This document shows, one piece after another, positions 52,031-64,000 of a stretch of DNA of 64,000 nucleotides. The DNA comes from Octopus sinensis. Its lineage: Eukaryota. The DNA is taken from contig NC_043006.1 of the NCBI RefSeq assembly GCF_006345805.1, forward strand, positions 36,332,001-36,396,000, read 5' to 3'. Position numbers and translations under genes: made by a program. Within the stretch, counting starts at the first letter, position 1. Each line of letters starts with the position of its first letter. The notes below the pieces were generated by a model. The model was not told the DNA's origin, did no database searches, and saw nothing but the letters and a program-made list of their open reading frames with translations.

Positions 52031-53884
52031 TTTCCTAATTTAAGATGGCAGAACGTGATTTGAGGAGTGTTTGGCTATTATTTCTTGCTGGTTGAGTGAC
52101 CATATAGGTAAATGTGGTCCACTTGATAGTAATGGTCATGTTAGTGGTGATTGTAGCAGTAGCAGTTGTTGGGGGTGTTAAAGATGGGATGGGGAATGTA
52201 GGAGTGATAGGGAGAAGAGATGGGGACCCAAATGTTCCTTCAGGAAGTTGTAAAAATTCAAACTAAAATAAATTGCTGAGATGACTGTCAGAAAGTTCAA
52301 AGGTGAGACATCTTTCTCCCCTCCCACCGGCATTCCTCTAACCTCTCATATCATCAATTTGTTCTTTGTTGATTCTTACACTCAGCCTTGGCATAATTTT
52401 TTTCCTATTAAGTTCTCTAACACACACCCTGCTCATATCTTTCTCTGCCTTACTTCTCTTTCTTTCTGATATTTTTGGATTTCATGGTCCATCCTCCCCT
52501 TTTCATTGTCTCTTCACTCTTTCTTTCACTATACCAATGTCTGTTTCTATTATATATCTTTGAATTTGCAGTAGATACAGATAGAACTGTGTGTGTCTGT
52601 CTGTGCGTGTGTGTGTGTGTGTGTGTAAAAGAGGTTCTATCATTAGTAGATAAAAGCATTGAAGTCTTGTATTACAAATAAAGGTTGGTGAGTTCAATCC
52701 TAGCCCAAGGTTATATGTGTAGAAATCTGACATCTGAAGATCAGAAGAATACATTGAATGAAATGAAACAGAGTTAAGATGGAATCACAAAAGATGAGGT
52801 TAATAGTCTAATCAATGTAACAACTCATACCCTCAAAAGATACCTTTCTACAAAAGAGGTCCTAATGATCAAGATTATTTCTTTTTTTTTTTCTTCCCAT
52901 ATTTTTCGTTTTTATATTTGTGAATGTTTTTGGTTTTGCTTTTCAGTGACATATACATAGTTAATATTTTTTATATTTTTTCCATCATCATCATCATCAT
53001 CATCATCTTGTATCACTATTACTACTATTGCTACCACAATCGTCTTGGTATCTCAATATGAACTAACAAGAGAGCCTGTACATGGTTGCTTGGTCTGCTC
53101 AAAATAGAAGTCAAATTTCCCTGAAATCACACTCTACTGTCTTTAAAATTAAACCAAAAATAAAAATAAAGTGGAGGTAGAAAAGCAATTTTAGATATAT
53201 TAGAGAAGCTGTGATAGTTGCAGCTGGAATGCTTTCTATCATAGCTCTGCTTAATCAGCATTGTCTTCAGGCTAAATAACTACAATACTACCACAATGTA
53301 TCACTACCATTTTATTGCTAACACTGCCATCACCACACCACAATCATTGCCACCACCACTATACTACAGTGTCATTGTCATCTAATGAAGGAACTTCTAT
53401 TCAGTCAAGCTTGATTTGCTAGAAATAGGCAGCCAAATAACTTCCCTCCTCCTCCTCCTCATCATCATCATCATCATTTAATGTCTGCTTTCTATGCTGG
53501 CAGGTTGGACAGTTTGACAGGATCTGGTTAGGCAAATGACCGAACCAGGTTTCAGTGTCTGTTTTGGTATGCCCTTCCTAACACCAACCACCATACAAAG
53601 TGGACTGAGTGCTTTTTGCATGGCACCTCATATTGTAAAGAAAAAGAGAGAGAGAGCCATATTAAATAATACTAATCTTAAATACATATTTTTCAAGAAG
53701 ACAAGACAGTCAAGGCTAGGATGTCTTTCATCATCTTTTTCTTCAGCTCAGTCAAGGCTGATAAGCTGGAGCTAAACAACAACAACAACAGCTGTCTGAT
53801 AATTTTTAATACGTTAGTGTATCATTTTTTTAAGCTGGTAAAGAACAGTTTGAGAGATTTGGCTGCTCCTTCATGGAGATGTAA

Positions 53885-54078
53885 CAGTGACATAACTCAA
53901 GTATGTGCTGCAGCCAGCCTTGAGTTCCCTCCACTTGAACTGCCACAAAAAATATGTTTTGCAGGTTAGGGTTAACTCTAACTCTGTCATTGTGCAATGA
54001 TTCCCTCTAAAAGTTCTGCCCCATAAAAGTATTGCTCAGAGCAGACTGCACTCACCCTCCCTTCTTGCTACACTGCTG
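53885..54078. mobile_element. hAT-like MITE (degenerate CAGTGGCGTAGC-type TIRs, 8-bp TSD)
   Basis: Ends CAGTGACATAAC and TTGCTACACTGCTG. Flanks AGATGTAA and AGATCTAG are 6/8 identical. Confidence 0.55.
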
Positions 54079-57000
54079 AGATCTAGAGACTGGAGTGGAG
54101 ATAGGAGGAGTGAAACTATGGCATACTCAAATTTTCACCCTGCACTCCATATAAGCGCATAGTATGGACCTCAACCAAGGTGGAGTTTGATCATTTGGAG
54201 AACTGTATCTGTAGATTACATCTAGTTATTTAACTGCAATTAAGCTAGCCAATGAAGAAACTTCTATATGGTTGTGCAACCTGCTAGAAGTAGCATCACA
54301 AAGAAATCATAATCTATTCTCGTATAGAGAGGAAGGATACACTGGATAATGTAGTCCTTGGTGCACTATATCTCCAAAACAAATGGGATTGTCATAGCTG
54401 GAGTTCTTTGATCATAATTTTGCTCTATGAAGTCTGACCTGGGGCTAAACAACAATCAGCTGACTACTTAAGTGCCATAGTTCTGTTTGATCAGAGCTAA
54501 CTTCTAGAGAGAGACTACACCACTAATTTTACATAACATTACAATCATGATTTATCATCGTCATCATCATCAACATCTTTGTTGCTGTTGTCATCATCAT
54601 GATAATAATTCATAATGATCCTCACTACCTGGATTTTTTAATCACCTGCCACAACTAGTAAAGCATATCGCATCATCATCATCATCATCATCATCACTGT
54701 CATCATCTACATTTCCTCAACTGTCTTTTTTACACATCACATGCAATCCCTCCACCATGATTTGTGTTTTGTCCTTTATATTATTTTGATGTTCTTTGAG
54801 CCCTCCTGGCTAATAAAGAAATTATCATTATTAATCATCATCATTATTATTATAATCCAGCAATATTAAGAATCACTATCACTACAATCTCCATCAAAAT
54901 TATCATGTGCATCTACTTCTTCCTCTTTAAAAACCACTCCAGCTATGACTATCAATATTTATATTCATTATAACATACTCCCACCCCATTGTCATCATTA
55001 TCATCATCATCACTATCACCACTTGAGCATTATCAACATTAGCAAAACTACTACTACTATTCCATATGCATTTTCTGAACACTCACTTCCATCGTTATCA
55101 TTATCATCAGAACCTCCATCTTAAATCTTCACTGATGAGCATTCTTATTAGCAACACTACACTTAGAGCATTTGCTATGGCAAAATCATCATCATCAACA
55201 TAATCATTAGCAACAATATTAGTACCAACACTGCTACCATAACCACCAAATTAGCAACACTGCCCCCTGCTGGTACAACATTAACTGTACTTTAATCACC
55301 ATTACCAGCATCATTGTGAACATAGCTCATTACATACACTGTCACTACATTGGGTACATAGCCATCATCAACACCACCACCATCTACCCTGTCACAGCCA
55401 TCATTAACTCTACTGCAACTACCACTAAGACAATTACTACTTCCACCACTTCTGCCACCACCACCAACACCAACAACAACCCCTTCATCATCATTAGTCT
55501 AAAATATCTACTCTCTCTTGAAAGCTTTGAACAACAAAAGACTGGTTGTTAGAATCTTTTGAATAGAATTTGTATTACTGGTTCATTATCTATTTACTTA
55601 CTACCTGCACCATATTCTGGACATTGGGGAGGGCTGCAGTCATCATCCATTCACCCATTTCAGTCCATACACCTATCCACAACCTGTACATCCATCCTGC
55701 AGATCACAGATCCTATTAGCCATCTATCAATCTAATCTAATCCCTCCATCCTTCCAGCCATCTCACAATCCATCTTTATACACCATCACTTCTATATTGT
55801 TCCCTAATCCATCCATCAAACCCCCATCATTCATCAATATACCAAGTATTTTAAATTCCTACTTTTTAACATGTGCTTTATTCATTCTGCTATATTACCA
55901 GATATCTCTACATCTATTCTTTCTATTCACAACACATCCCTCCATCAAATTTTCCTTCTATCCATCCATCCACTTGTCTATCCCTTTCCTTCTTTTCATC
56001 TGTCAAATCATGCTCAAACATCATCATACCATCTCTCCATTATTCCATGTGACCATCCATCCATCCATCCATATGTATAGGAGGAAAGTGTATGTTTGTA
56101 GGATTTGTGTTGAGAGAAAGTTATGGTGAGGAGATTTATTTTGGTTTGATATTGGATTGTTGTTATTGTTTAGGATTCAGTCAGGATTGGAAGGTGTAAA
56201 ACATGACAAATTCAAGTCATAACACATATTCTAATGCTCCCACCTACTTCTCTCTCTTTTTTTCCCCATACATGTGTGTGTGTGAGTGTGTGTGTATCAT
56301 CATTTAATGTCTGCTTCCATGCTGGCATTGATTTGATGGTTTAACAAGAACTGGCAAACCAGAATACTGTCTGTTTTGGTATGGTTTCCAAGGCTGGGTG
56401 CCCTTCTTAACATCAACCACTTTACAGAAATTGTCTATATGTGTGTGTATGTATATGTATACATATTTATTTACCTATGTGTGTATGTGCATGAAGCTAT
56501 GTATATTTATATCATATACATATAAATATGTTGATAAATATACATCTATATATATATATCTGTATCTCTATATATCTATATCTTAACTGGTGTTGATGTG
56601 TGTGCTTATTTTGCGCTCACACATTCATATGAATTATTTACTTGTTACAATGCATAATCACTTCAATATTTGCATGCATACATGCATGCATGCATACACA
56701 CACAGTCATAATTGTACTTACAGATGTGAAAATATATTTGAATGATATCAATACAAAATTTTCTAAATCATTTCCTTCAACAAGAAATAAAATGTGATAT
56801 AACAAGAAAATACGAAACAAACACACATGCACATAAACACATACATACAGGTTAAGTTTTGTTTTTTTATGAATATTTTATTTCCAAGTGTTATTTATTA
56901 GAATATAATAGATAAAAGGGCAAAATCATTATTGATGAATGCATGCTATGTATATATGCATTCTTCTGTGTTTCTCTATGTATACATTTTATTTCTAAAT

Positions 57001-57682
57001 GTATTAATGCTTTACCAGGTATATGCATAAGAAACTCGTATGCAAAATGGATTTGAACACACACACATGCACACATCTTAAGCATGTTTTATTCTTGCAC
57101 ATGTACACACACATTCACATGCATACTTGAACGATTGTGTGTAAACTTGAATTTATTTAATCTGCTTGTGTGTGTACATGTATTAAAATTTAAATGGATA
57201 TCTATATATGTACCTATGCTTAAATATATGCATGCACGTATAGTTATTCAACACACATTTTCACACATACATAATGTATGCAATCTTACATATGAATATG
57301 CAAGTATTCACACATGTGTATGAGAATTTGCAAAAGTTTTTTGACTTTTTCACTCTCTTCTGTTCTTCACTCACTAATTCTCTCACTTTTTATTTTTTTC
57401 TCTTCTCTGTGTTGCATTTGTGTGCATGTGTGCACATGCTCACACACATACACATACTCACACATGTTGACATATGCAAGAACTCTTTGAAATACTCAAA
57501 TCGAATGAATGTGAAAATTACTTAATATTTTCTGTCTAAAACAAGACTAACAAATTTGTGCCACTGTATAGCTATGTATGTTGTTTCTGAAGGTATGAGA
57601 TGTTTCGGCACAGCTGTTTTGGCCCTGAGCATTTGACATTACCGATTCAATGCTGTCTTATTTGACATCAGATGTTCTAATA

Positions 57683-57715
<33 letters not shown>

Positions 57716-57838
57716 GCATGTGAGCATCCTTCATTTTTTGTGTATAGGGAGAGGGTAAGTGTTTGTGTCAATTGTGTTCAATTAATAAATTATAATCTCT
57801 GTCTTTCTCTTCATCCCTCTTTCCATCTATATGAGTTT

Positions 57839-57840
<2 letters not shown>

Positions 57841-57931
<91 letters not shown>
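57841..57931. repeat. Long perfect (TG)n, about 45 units
   Basis: Directly visible. Many further (TG), (CA), (TA) and (CT) tracts occur throughout the window. Confidence 0.95.
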
Positions 57932-57935
<4 letters not shown>

Positions 57936-58417
57936 CTCCTATGCCCAAAAGTATTGTTGTCAAAACAGGTTCAATGTCTAGTCACTTGTGGCAAATTGTG
58001 TGTATCCAAACAGCTGTCTCCAATAACCTTATTCCATGTTTCTGGCAACAGTTGAATTATAACTGGCCAATCTGTTTCAGCATTGTTCCCTATTTCTGGT
58101 AAGATCAGCAGCTTTACTAAACCTTATATTGCATCCAGGGAGTGCCTCTTTAACTTTGAAAGCAGGTCTTTAGCAAAACTCCCCACAGCATACTGTAGCT
58201 TGACATATGTAAAATGTCATCATTTGTAAGAACTCTTTAAATGAATGTTACAAGTAAGAACAAGAAAGGCAGCATCTGTCTCACTTTAGAACATGTAAAA
58301 GTACAACTGAACAAATATTAAGAATAGGCATCAATATTTGCTGCTCATGAGAATGCAGTCTTGTGTAGCTTCAATGAACTTTTCTAAAACATTTGACTCA
58401 GTAAATTGGGAAACAAT

Positions 58418-58745
58418 TCATCATCATCATTCGATGTTTTAAATCTGAGTTTTGTCCCCGTTAACAGGGGTGGCTGGATCTACCTCAATGCCATAGCAAC
58501 TGCTCTCACACCATCTTGCCCAGTTTGGGGCGTCCTCCCTTCTCAAGCCAACCCTCCCAATCTTCTCCTCCACCTGTCCCCTCCACATTTTCCTCAGTCT
58601 ACCTCACTTTTGTGATCCATTTACCTGTAACTCAAGCACCCTCCTCAGAACATGCCCATACCATCACACACCATTCACCCTTGCCAGCTGTTCCACCGAT
58701 TTCTCTAACCCCAGCATCTCCATCAAGTCCTCAGTCCTCCTCTGT
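58418..58745 (-). mobile_element. Old RTE LINE 3' end (different family)
   Basis: Minus-strand TEDLMEMLGLEKSVEQLARVNGV*WYGHVLRR...GRLRKMW...REDAPNWARW, ending in (GAT)n. Confidence 0.75.
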
Positions 58746-58768
58746 AACTTAAATTTCTATGAAGTTCC

Positions 58769-59110
58769 AACTGCATTGATTAATGCTATTATGTTCTTGT
58801 ACACCAACACTACTGTAGCCAGAAGTACAACCATAGGCATTAGTGTGTTAGAGACATCTTCAATATGTACTCCAAGAAGACATGTTTGTTCTTTGCCTTT
58901 TTATAATTCTTATGGATCATGCAATGTGTATATCTCTGAGAGAGGAAAATGAATACTCAGTCAGAAGTAAGCTATCCAGTAGATTTCCTGTTGCATTACC
59001 TTTTCTGTTGGCCGTTACTGATGCTGCTACTGTTTTACATGATAACTCCATAGCAGCTCACAGACAACAGACAAGTTTTGAAATTACATCTGCAAAGCAG
59101 GTGTAAAAAT
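58769..59110 (+). mobile_element. Highly decayed LINE reverse-transcriptase core fragment
   Basis: YEVPTALINAIMFLYTNTT resembles YGIP..IV.AI..LY. VLQEDMFVLCLFIILMDHAM resembles GVLQGD.LAP.LF...LD. Confidence 0.65.
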
Positions 59111-60196
59111 CAATCTGTTGGTTGATGTCTGCAGGAAAAATGTGAAGTTCCAGATGGTTGCAGTTCTGAGGAGAGGGGCAGAATCAAGATGATATGTTAT
59201 GGGTAGTATAGGGAGGAGAGATAAGTAGGTTATATGAACCTTGGGAAAAAGACTCAAATTGTGAGGTAGTTCATAGAAGTAAAAGCCCTTTATTATTTTA
59301 TTTAAGGAAGTAACAAAAACAAAAAACAAAAAAGGTGCAGAAAGAGGCCACAGTACATCCATGAAATAATAATTGAAGTGTATTGGTGAATGAGTCCTTG
59401 CTAATCGATTGAAAGACATTGTTTGGGTGGAGTCTAGGATATTTGTGTGCATGTGGCAGCAGCAGATACAGCCACTTCATTCAATGCCAACTACCTTCAA
59501 AAATATCCGGTACATAATGCCTCAGTATCAACATATTTTGATTTATTTGCATATGTATTATTCATTCTTTATAGACATTTACTGGTGTTATCTCAAAGCA
59601 TCAACCACTTCAAACGTACACATTTACAGTTTAAGTGTGAAAAAGTGGACTCTTGTATCAGAAAGTACCTATTGCTACAAAGAGGAGAGACTTCTGAGAA
59701 GTGTATAGTCCTCAAAAAATAAAGGCAAACAACTGTATTCATTTGTGTGCAATTACTGGGAAGCCAAATCTACAATGTGGTTTCAGTTCTTGGTTGAAAT
59801 TATTTTAGTTGTTATTTAGTTCAAATGTGTCCTAATTGGATATATGATCAATCATTCCAATCAATACAATATCATTTTTACCAGTTATTGTTTCTCTTAA
59901 ACTGCATTTAGCAATATTTCAATGTTTTGTTTTTTTTCTTTACCCATGGGGATCCTACTTCAGCTCCAGGTTTACTGCTGATGTCAATGGAAATTGCAAC
60001 TTTTCTCCATGACTAAGCTTTGATGGTAGATGTCTTATTTCTCTTTGGGATAATTAACCTATTTTGGCTAGTTAATCACTTTAAACTTCATCTATTTATT
60101 TTTTATCGAGTGTTCTCACTAATTTGTTTTCTGTGATAGAATAATTTTTACTACCATTGCCCATTGCAAAGTATTTATTCATTTACATGTAGTCAT

Positions 60197-60258
<62 letters not shown>

Positions 60259-60739
60259 GTGTAAATATAAACAATATCTTAAACATGTATGCAGCACATA
60301 CATATAAAAATCTGGAATGATAATATTGGCTTCTTTTTGAAGAGGAACAAAGCTTTGGATTTATAAAGATGAGGGAATTATTGTATTGCAATTCCATCTA
60401 TTTCCCAGCAACATTAGCAGTAAACTTTGAGCTGAAGAGGGAGCTTCTAACAGGTCTCTTGACCTGCATTCTTGTCTGGTGATTACTCAAAGGTTTCCCC
60501 TAGGATATGGAATGCTGTAAATGGAACTATAACTCACACACACACACACATATGAGAAAGAGATATTGAAGGAAAAATAGTTTCAATAAATGAAGAAATT
60601 CCCTTGTATGGTATTTAATACACTTTATTAATGTGTGTGTGTATGTGTGTGCATTTTGAGTATTAACTGCAGACTGTAGGTGATACTGCATGTTGGATGG
60701 ATTGCTCTGACTTGCTTGTTGGATAGTCATTCTTAGTTC

Positions 60740-60772
<33 letters not shown>

Positions 60773-61155
60773 ATATATATAAAATCAAATCATTTCCATT
60801 GAACAGAAAACCCAGGATCTATCTCTGTGTGTATTAGTAAAAATGTGAAGAAGGTGGAAAGAGATATATCAGCAGGCCATGACCTCTTGACAGTGACTTC
60901 TTTCTGAAGAATCTAAGTATAGTTGGGTGAATGGGTTACATAGAAGAAATGAAGAATGATATGGTAATAGCAGCATACTGGTATTTGTGTGTGTGCATAT
61001 GAGTGAGTGTGTACAAGCATATGTATGTGCAAGCATGCTTATGTGCGTATATACATGACAAGATGTCATACACTTACAGACATACAATAGTTATGTATGT
61101 GTGCTTTTGTCAGTGTATATTTGTAAATGCATATATTCATATCTTTATGTATATA

Positions 61156-61375
61156 CAGTTGGGTGCAAAAGTATGTATACAGTAAGCATCACATCAATGC
61201 TATAATAATTCATTAGCCTCGTTTTTGATATTTTCAGTGTTGTTAATCATAATACATTTATCATAACTATAATAATACTTTTATCATAATTTTTAATTTT
61301 TTTAATATAAATAAATGAGTATTATACATGTTTTCTTTTTTTTCATAACTGTATACCTACTTTTGCACCACCCTG
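61156..61375. mobile_element. Tc1/mariner-type MITE, 220 bp, ~28-bp TIRs, TA TSD
   Basis: TA|CAGTTGGGTGCAAAAGTATGTATACAGT ... ACTGTATACCTACTTTTGCACCACCCTG|TA. Confidence 0.85.
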
Positions 61376-63399
61376 TATATGTTTATTATATGTATCATCT
61401 TCAACATCAAGAACTGTATGTGTCATATTGATATTCACTCACACGCACACACACAAACACAGAGGTATGTATGGTTATGCCTGTGTGTTTGTGTGAGTGC
61501 ATATTTTTGTTGTTGTGAATGTTTATGTGTATCATTATCAAACATCAACAGTGTGTGTGCATATGCATACTGTGTGTACAAAAACATAAAACCAGATTGC
61601 TTTATTGTTTAGATTCTTTTGTGAGACTGGAATGTGACCCTCCTCAAAGAAACAAAGAGAATTCCTGAAAACAAGGAAATAAATAGAAATGAATAGGTTT
61701 CATTTTTTTATGAGCCCTCCTATCTTTTTTTGAATAGCCTATTGGTTTGAAACACAATCATCCCTTTTCTTTTTCAAAAGCCCTTCTTCATATCATTCTA
61801 TAACCACCATTGTGAAATCATCTGTACCACCATCATCTCAAGTATCATCATTATTTATTGGCATTGCCATCATCACTATCCCAGATATCAGTATCATGTC
61901 ATCAGTGTCATCACCACCACCACCACCACCACATCATTGAGAGCACTACCATCATCAGAAACCATCATCATCACTATCATCATCACTGCCATTGCCATCA
62001 TTACCATCTTAGTTGTCAGCATTGACATCATCATCGATATCTCCATTGTCACAATTTTTTCTTCACCACTATCACTACCATGAATAATCATGAATGTCAT
62101 AACCTTATAATTATTACCAATACCAATACCATTGACATTATCAATAATATAGATCTCTATATTGGCATATAGTTACTAATTTGTAAGAGACATGTATGCA
62201 TTGTCAATTGGATTGATTATAATGTATGATCGATATTTATTGTATTGATCTTAAAACTCTTTAAGAATAAAAGATGAAGCTCAATCTGACCAAATTTGAA
62301 CTCAGAATGCCAGTCTTAGAAGATTTTTCAATATTTAGTTCCATCCTTTTATGTTCTAACATTTTTGACTCCACCACCCATAATATTTGTAATAGTTACA
62401 ATTTCATGTGCTCCTAGATAGGAAAAGAGAAAGTTAACATACTGATGCTTCATGCAAACAAGAGAGAGTTCTTTTGTGGGCTATCTAGAAAAAGTACTAA
62501 CCAGTGTATGGGACTGTATTTTGTCTGTTGAACAAGGTAAATTGTATGATACTCTCTGCTTACTTTTTGAGATAGAGAAAAGAGACATGGTGAAGTGGTA
62601 AGATCTATACCCACCCATATATTTGTACCATGCTCGTGACATTAATGCTTGGCATGTAATCACCTTTGTGGCTCTATATGGGTAGCTTGTGAAAACCAAA
62701 GCAACAAACATGTAGTTGGGATGGGTCAATATAGACTTGCAAGTCCTCATGACTGCACAAACTGTAAGAACATTCCACAATGTCCAGTCATGGGCATGGA
62801 AATACAACTAGTGATATTGACGAAGCAGTTGTTATACTTGTGGCAGCAAGAGCCACTGGAAGGATTTCTGCCTTGAGGAGTTAAACGAAAAAGATGAACA
62901 ACAACAGCAGGATGGAGTTTCCATTGCAACAACACTGCTGGCTGAAGTCTTGGAATTAGCAGAGGAGATTCACTGTCCCTCTGAGATCAAGCCCACATGT
63001 AATAGAATCACTTAGTTCTAATGCTGTAGTTATAACTGTGATGTAATAATGACTAAGGGGGCAGGTGGCACTGGAGTATAGGTAATGCACAAAGAACACA
63101 TTGTTGATAAAAGCAATACAAAGACATTTCAATTGAATGAAACAAGCATATCCAGAAGATATAGGTTATTACCTACCACCCTACTCTAAAAGTATTAACT
63201 GGTACTTTTGGGTGCATGAATCAGCAGGGCAAGCAATGGTAGGTTGGCAGGGGTCTGAGGTGCTCTAACCTGACCTAAGTAGTAATTTCTGTGTAATTAA
63301 TTTTTATATATTTCTTTAAGCTTATTCTCATTTTCATCCCTTCCCTCATCTTTGTATAACTTTTTTTTTTGTCCAATGCAACATTTCTTTCTAAGCTCC

Positions 63400-63810
63400 C
63401 TGTGAGCCGGCAGAATTGTTAGTGTGCTGGAAAAATGCTTAGTGACATTTTGTCTACCTTTACATTCTGAGTCCAAGTTCCACTGATGTTGACTTTGCAT
63501 TTCATCTTTTCAGAGTCAGTGAATTAAATACCAGTCAAGTACTGGGGTTGATGTAATTTACTAGTCCCCACCCCCAAAATTTCAGGTATTGTACCTATTG
63601 TGGAAAGGCTTATTATTAAACGTTACTGCATCAATAAAAGGTTTAGCAGCATTTCGTTCATCTTGAGTTCAAATTCTGCCAAGGTCAGCTTTGCCTTTCA
63701 TCTTTTGAAGTTGATAAAATATGTACCAGTTGAACAACTGGGGTTGATGTAATCAACTTACCCCAACCCCAAAATTGCTGGCCTTGTACCAAAATTTGAA
63801 ATCATTATTA
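63400..63810 (+). mobile_element. Two tandem SINE family D copies
   Basis: GTGAGCCGGCAGAAT...ACCAGTCAAGTACTGGGGTTGATGTAAT and GAGTTCAAATTCTGCC...GCCTTTCATC...GGCCTTGTACCAAAATTTGAAA. Confidence 0.8.
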
Positions 63811-64000
63811 GAGAGAAGGAATTGGAGAGGGCATTTGTTCCTGGGGTTACAGGTAAATCTCGGACAGTGGGGTTCCTCGATTATCCCTAGAGGCCTTCCT
63901 GTGTCAAGAGGGCCACATCTCTATCATCCTCCCCGCCACTTTTTTTTTTTAAAAACCTTTGTATACTATGCATATGTCCCTTTTTTTTTTCAGTGTATAC

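Noticed and set aside
52728-52785. CTGAAGA...GAAAC as another hammerhead
   Set aside because: There is no convincing stem II, and the stem I register is offset.
54550-55500. His/Thr/Ile-rich ORFs (also 50283-50696 and 61894-62100)
   Set aside because: These are decayed (CAT)/(CAC)/(ACT) low-complexity DNA.
62481-62935. Overlapping ORFs in complex sequence, with a WNVLT motif reminiscent of an APE endonuclease N-terminus
   Set aside because: The similarity is too slight to call. It is possibly very old TE debris.

Overview
This is AT-rich, CpG-poor, microsatellite-dense animal DNA with no intact protein-coding gene. The repeat content is most consistent with an Octopus (coleoid cephalopod) genome, most likely inside a very long intron or an intergenic region; this is an inference from recognised repeat types. 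The repeats include RTE LINE 3' ends with (GAT)n tails, several tRNA-derived SINE families and Tc1/mariner fossils. Nearly all listed ORFs are microsatellite artefacts or transposon debris. Recognisable elements: a Penelope-like GIY-YIG remnant, RTE LINE fragments, an RLE-type LINE fragment, a DD37D (maT) remnant, a full-length DD34D mariner nested in a SINE, MITEs, a Helentron-like element and dozens of SINEs. Two signals stand out. (1) A candidate recursive splice site at 39360/39361: branch point, polypyrimidine tract, CAG|GTAAGT, then a 28/32-nt poison exon with stops in all three frames. (2) Six hammerhead-ribozyme-like motifs of unrelated sequence, including one at 42556-42675 (minus) with an intact core and an unusually long, branched AT-rich stem II.
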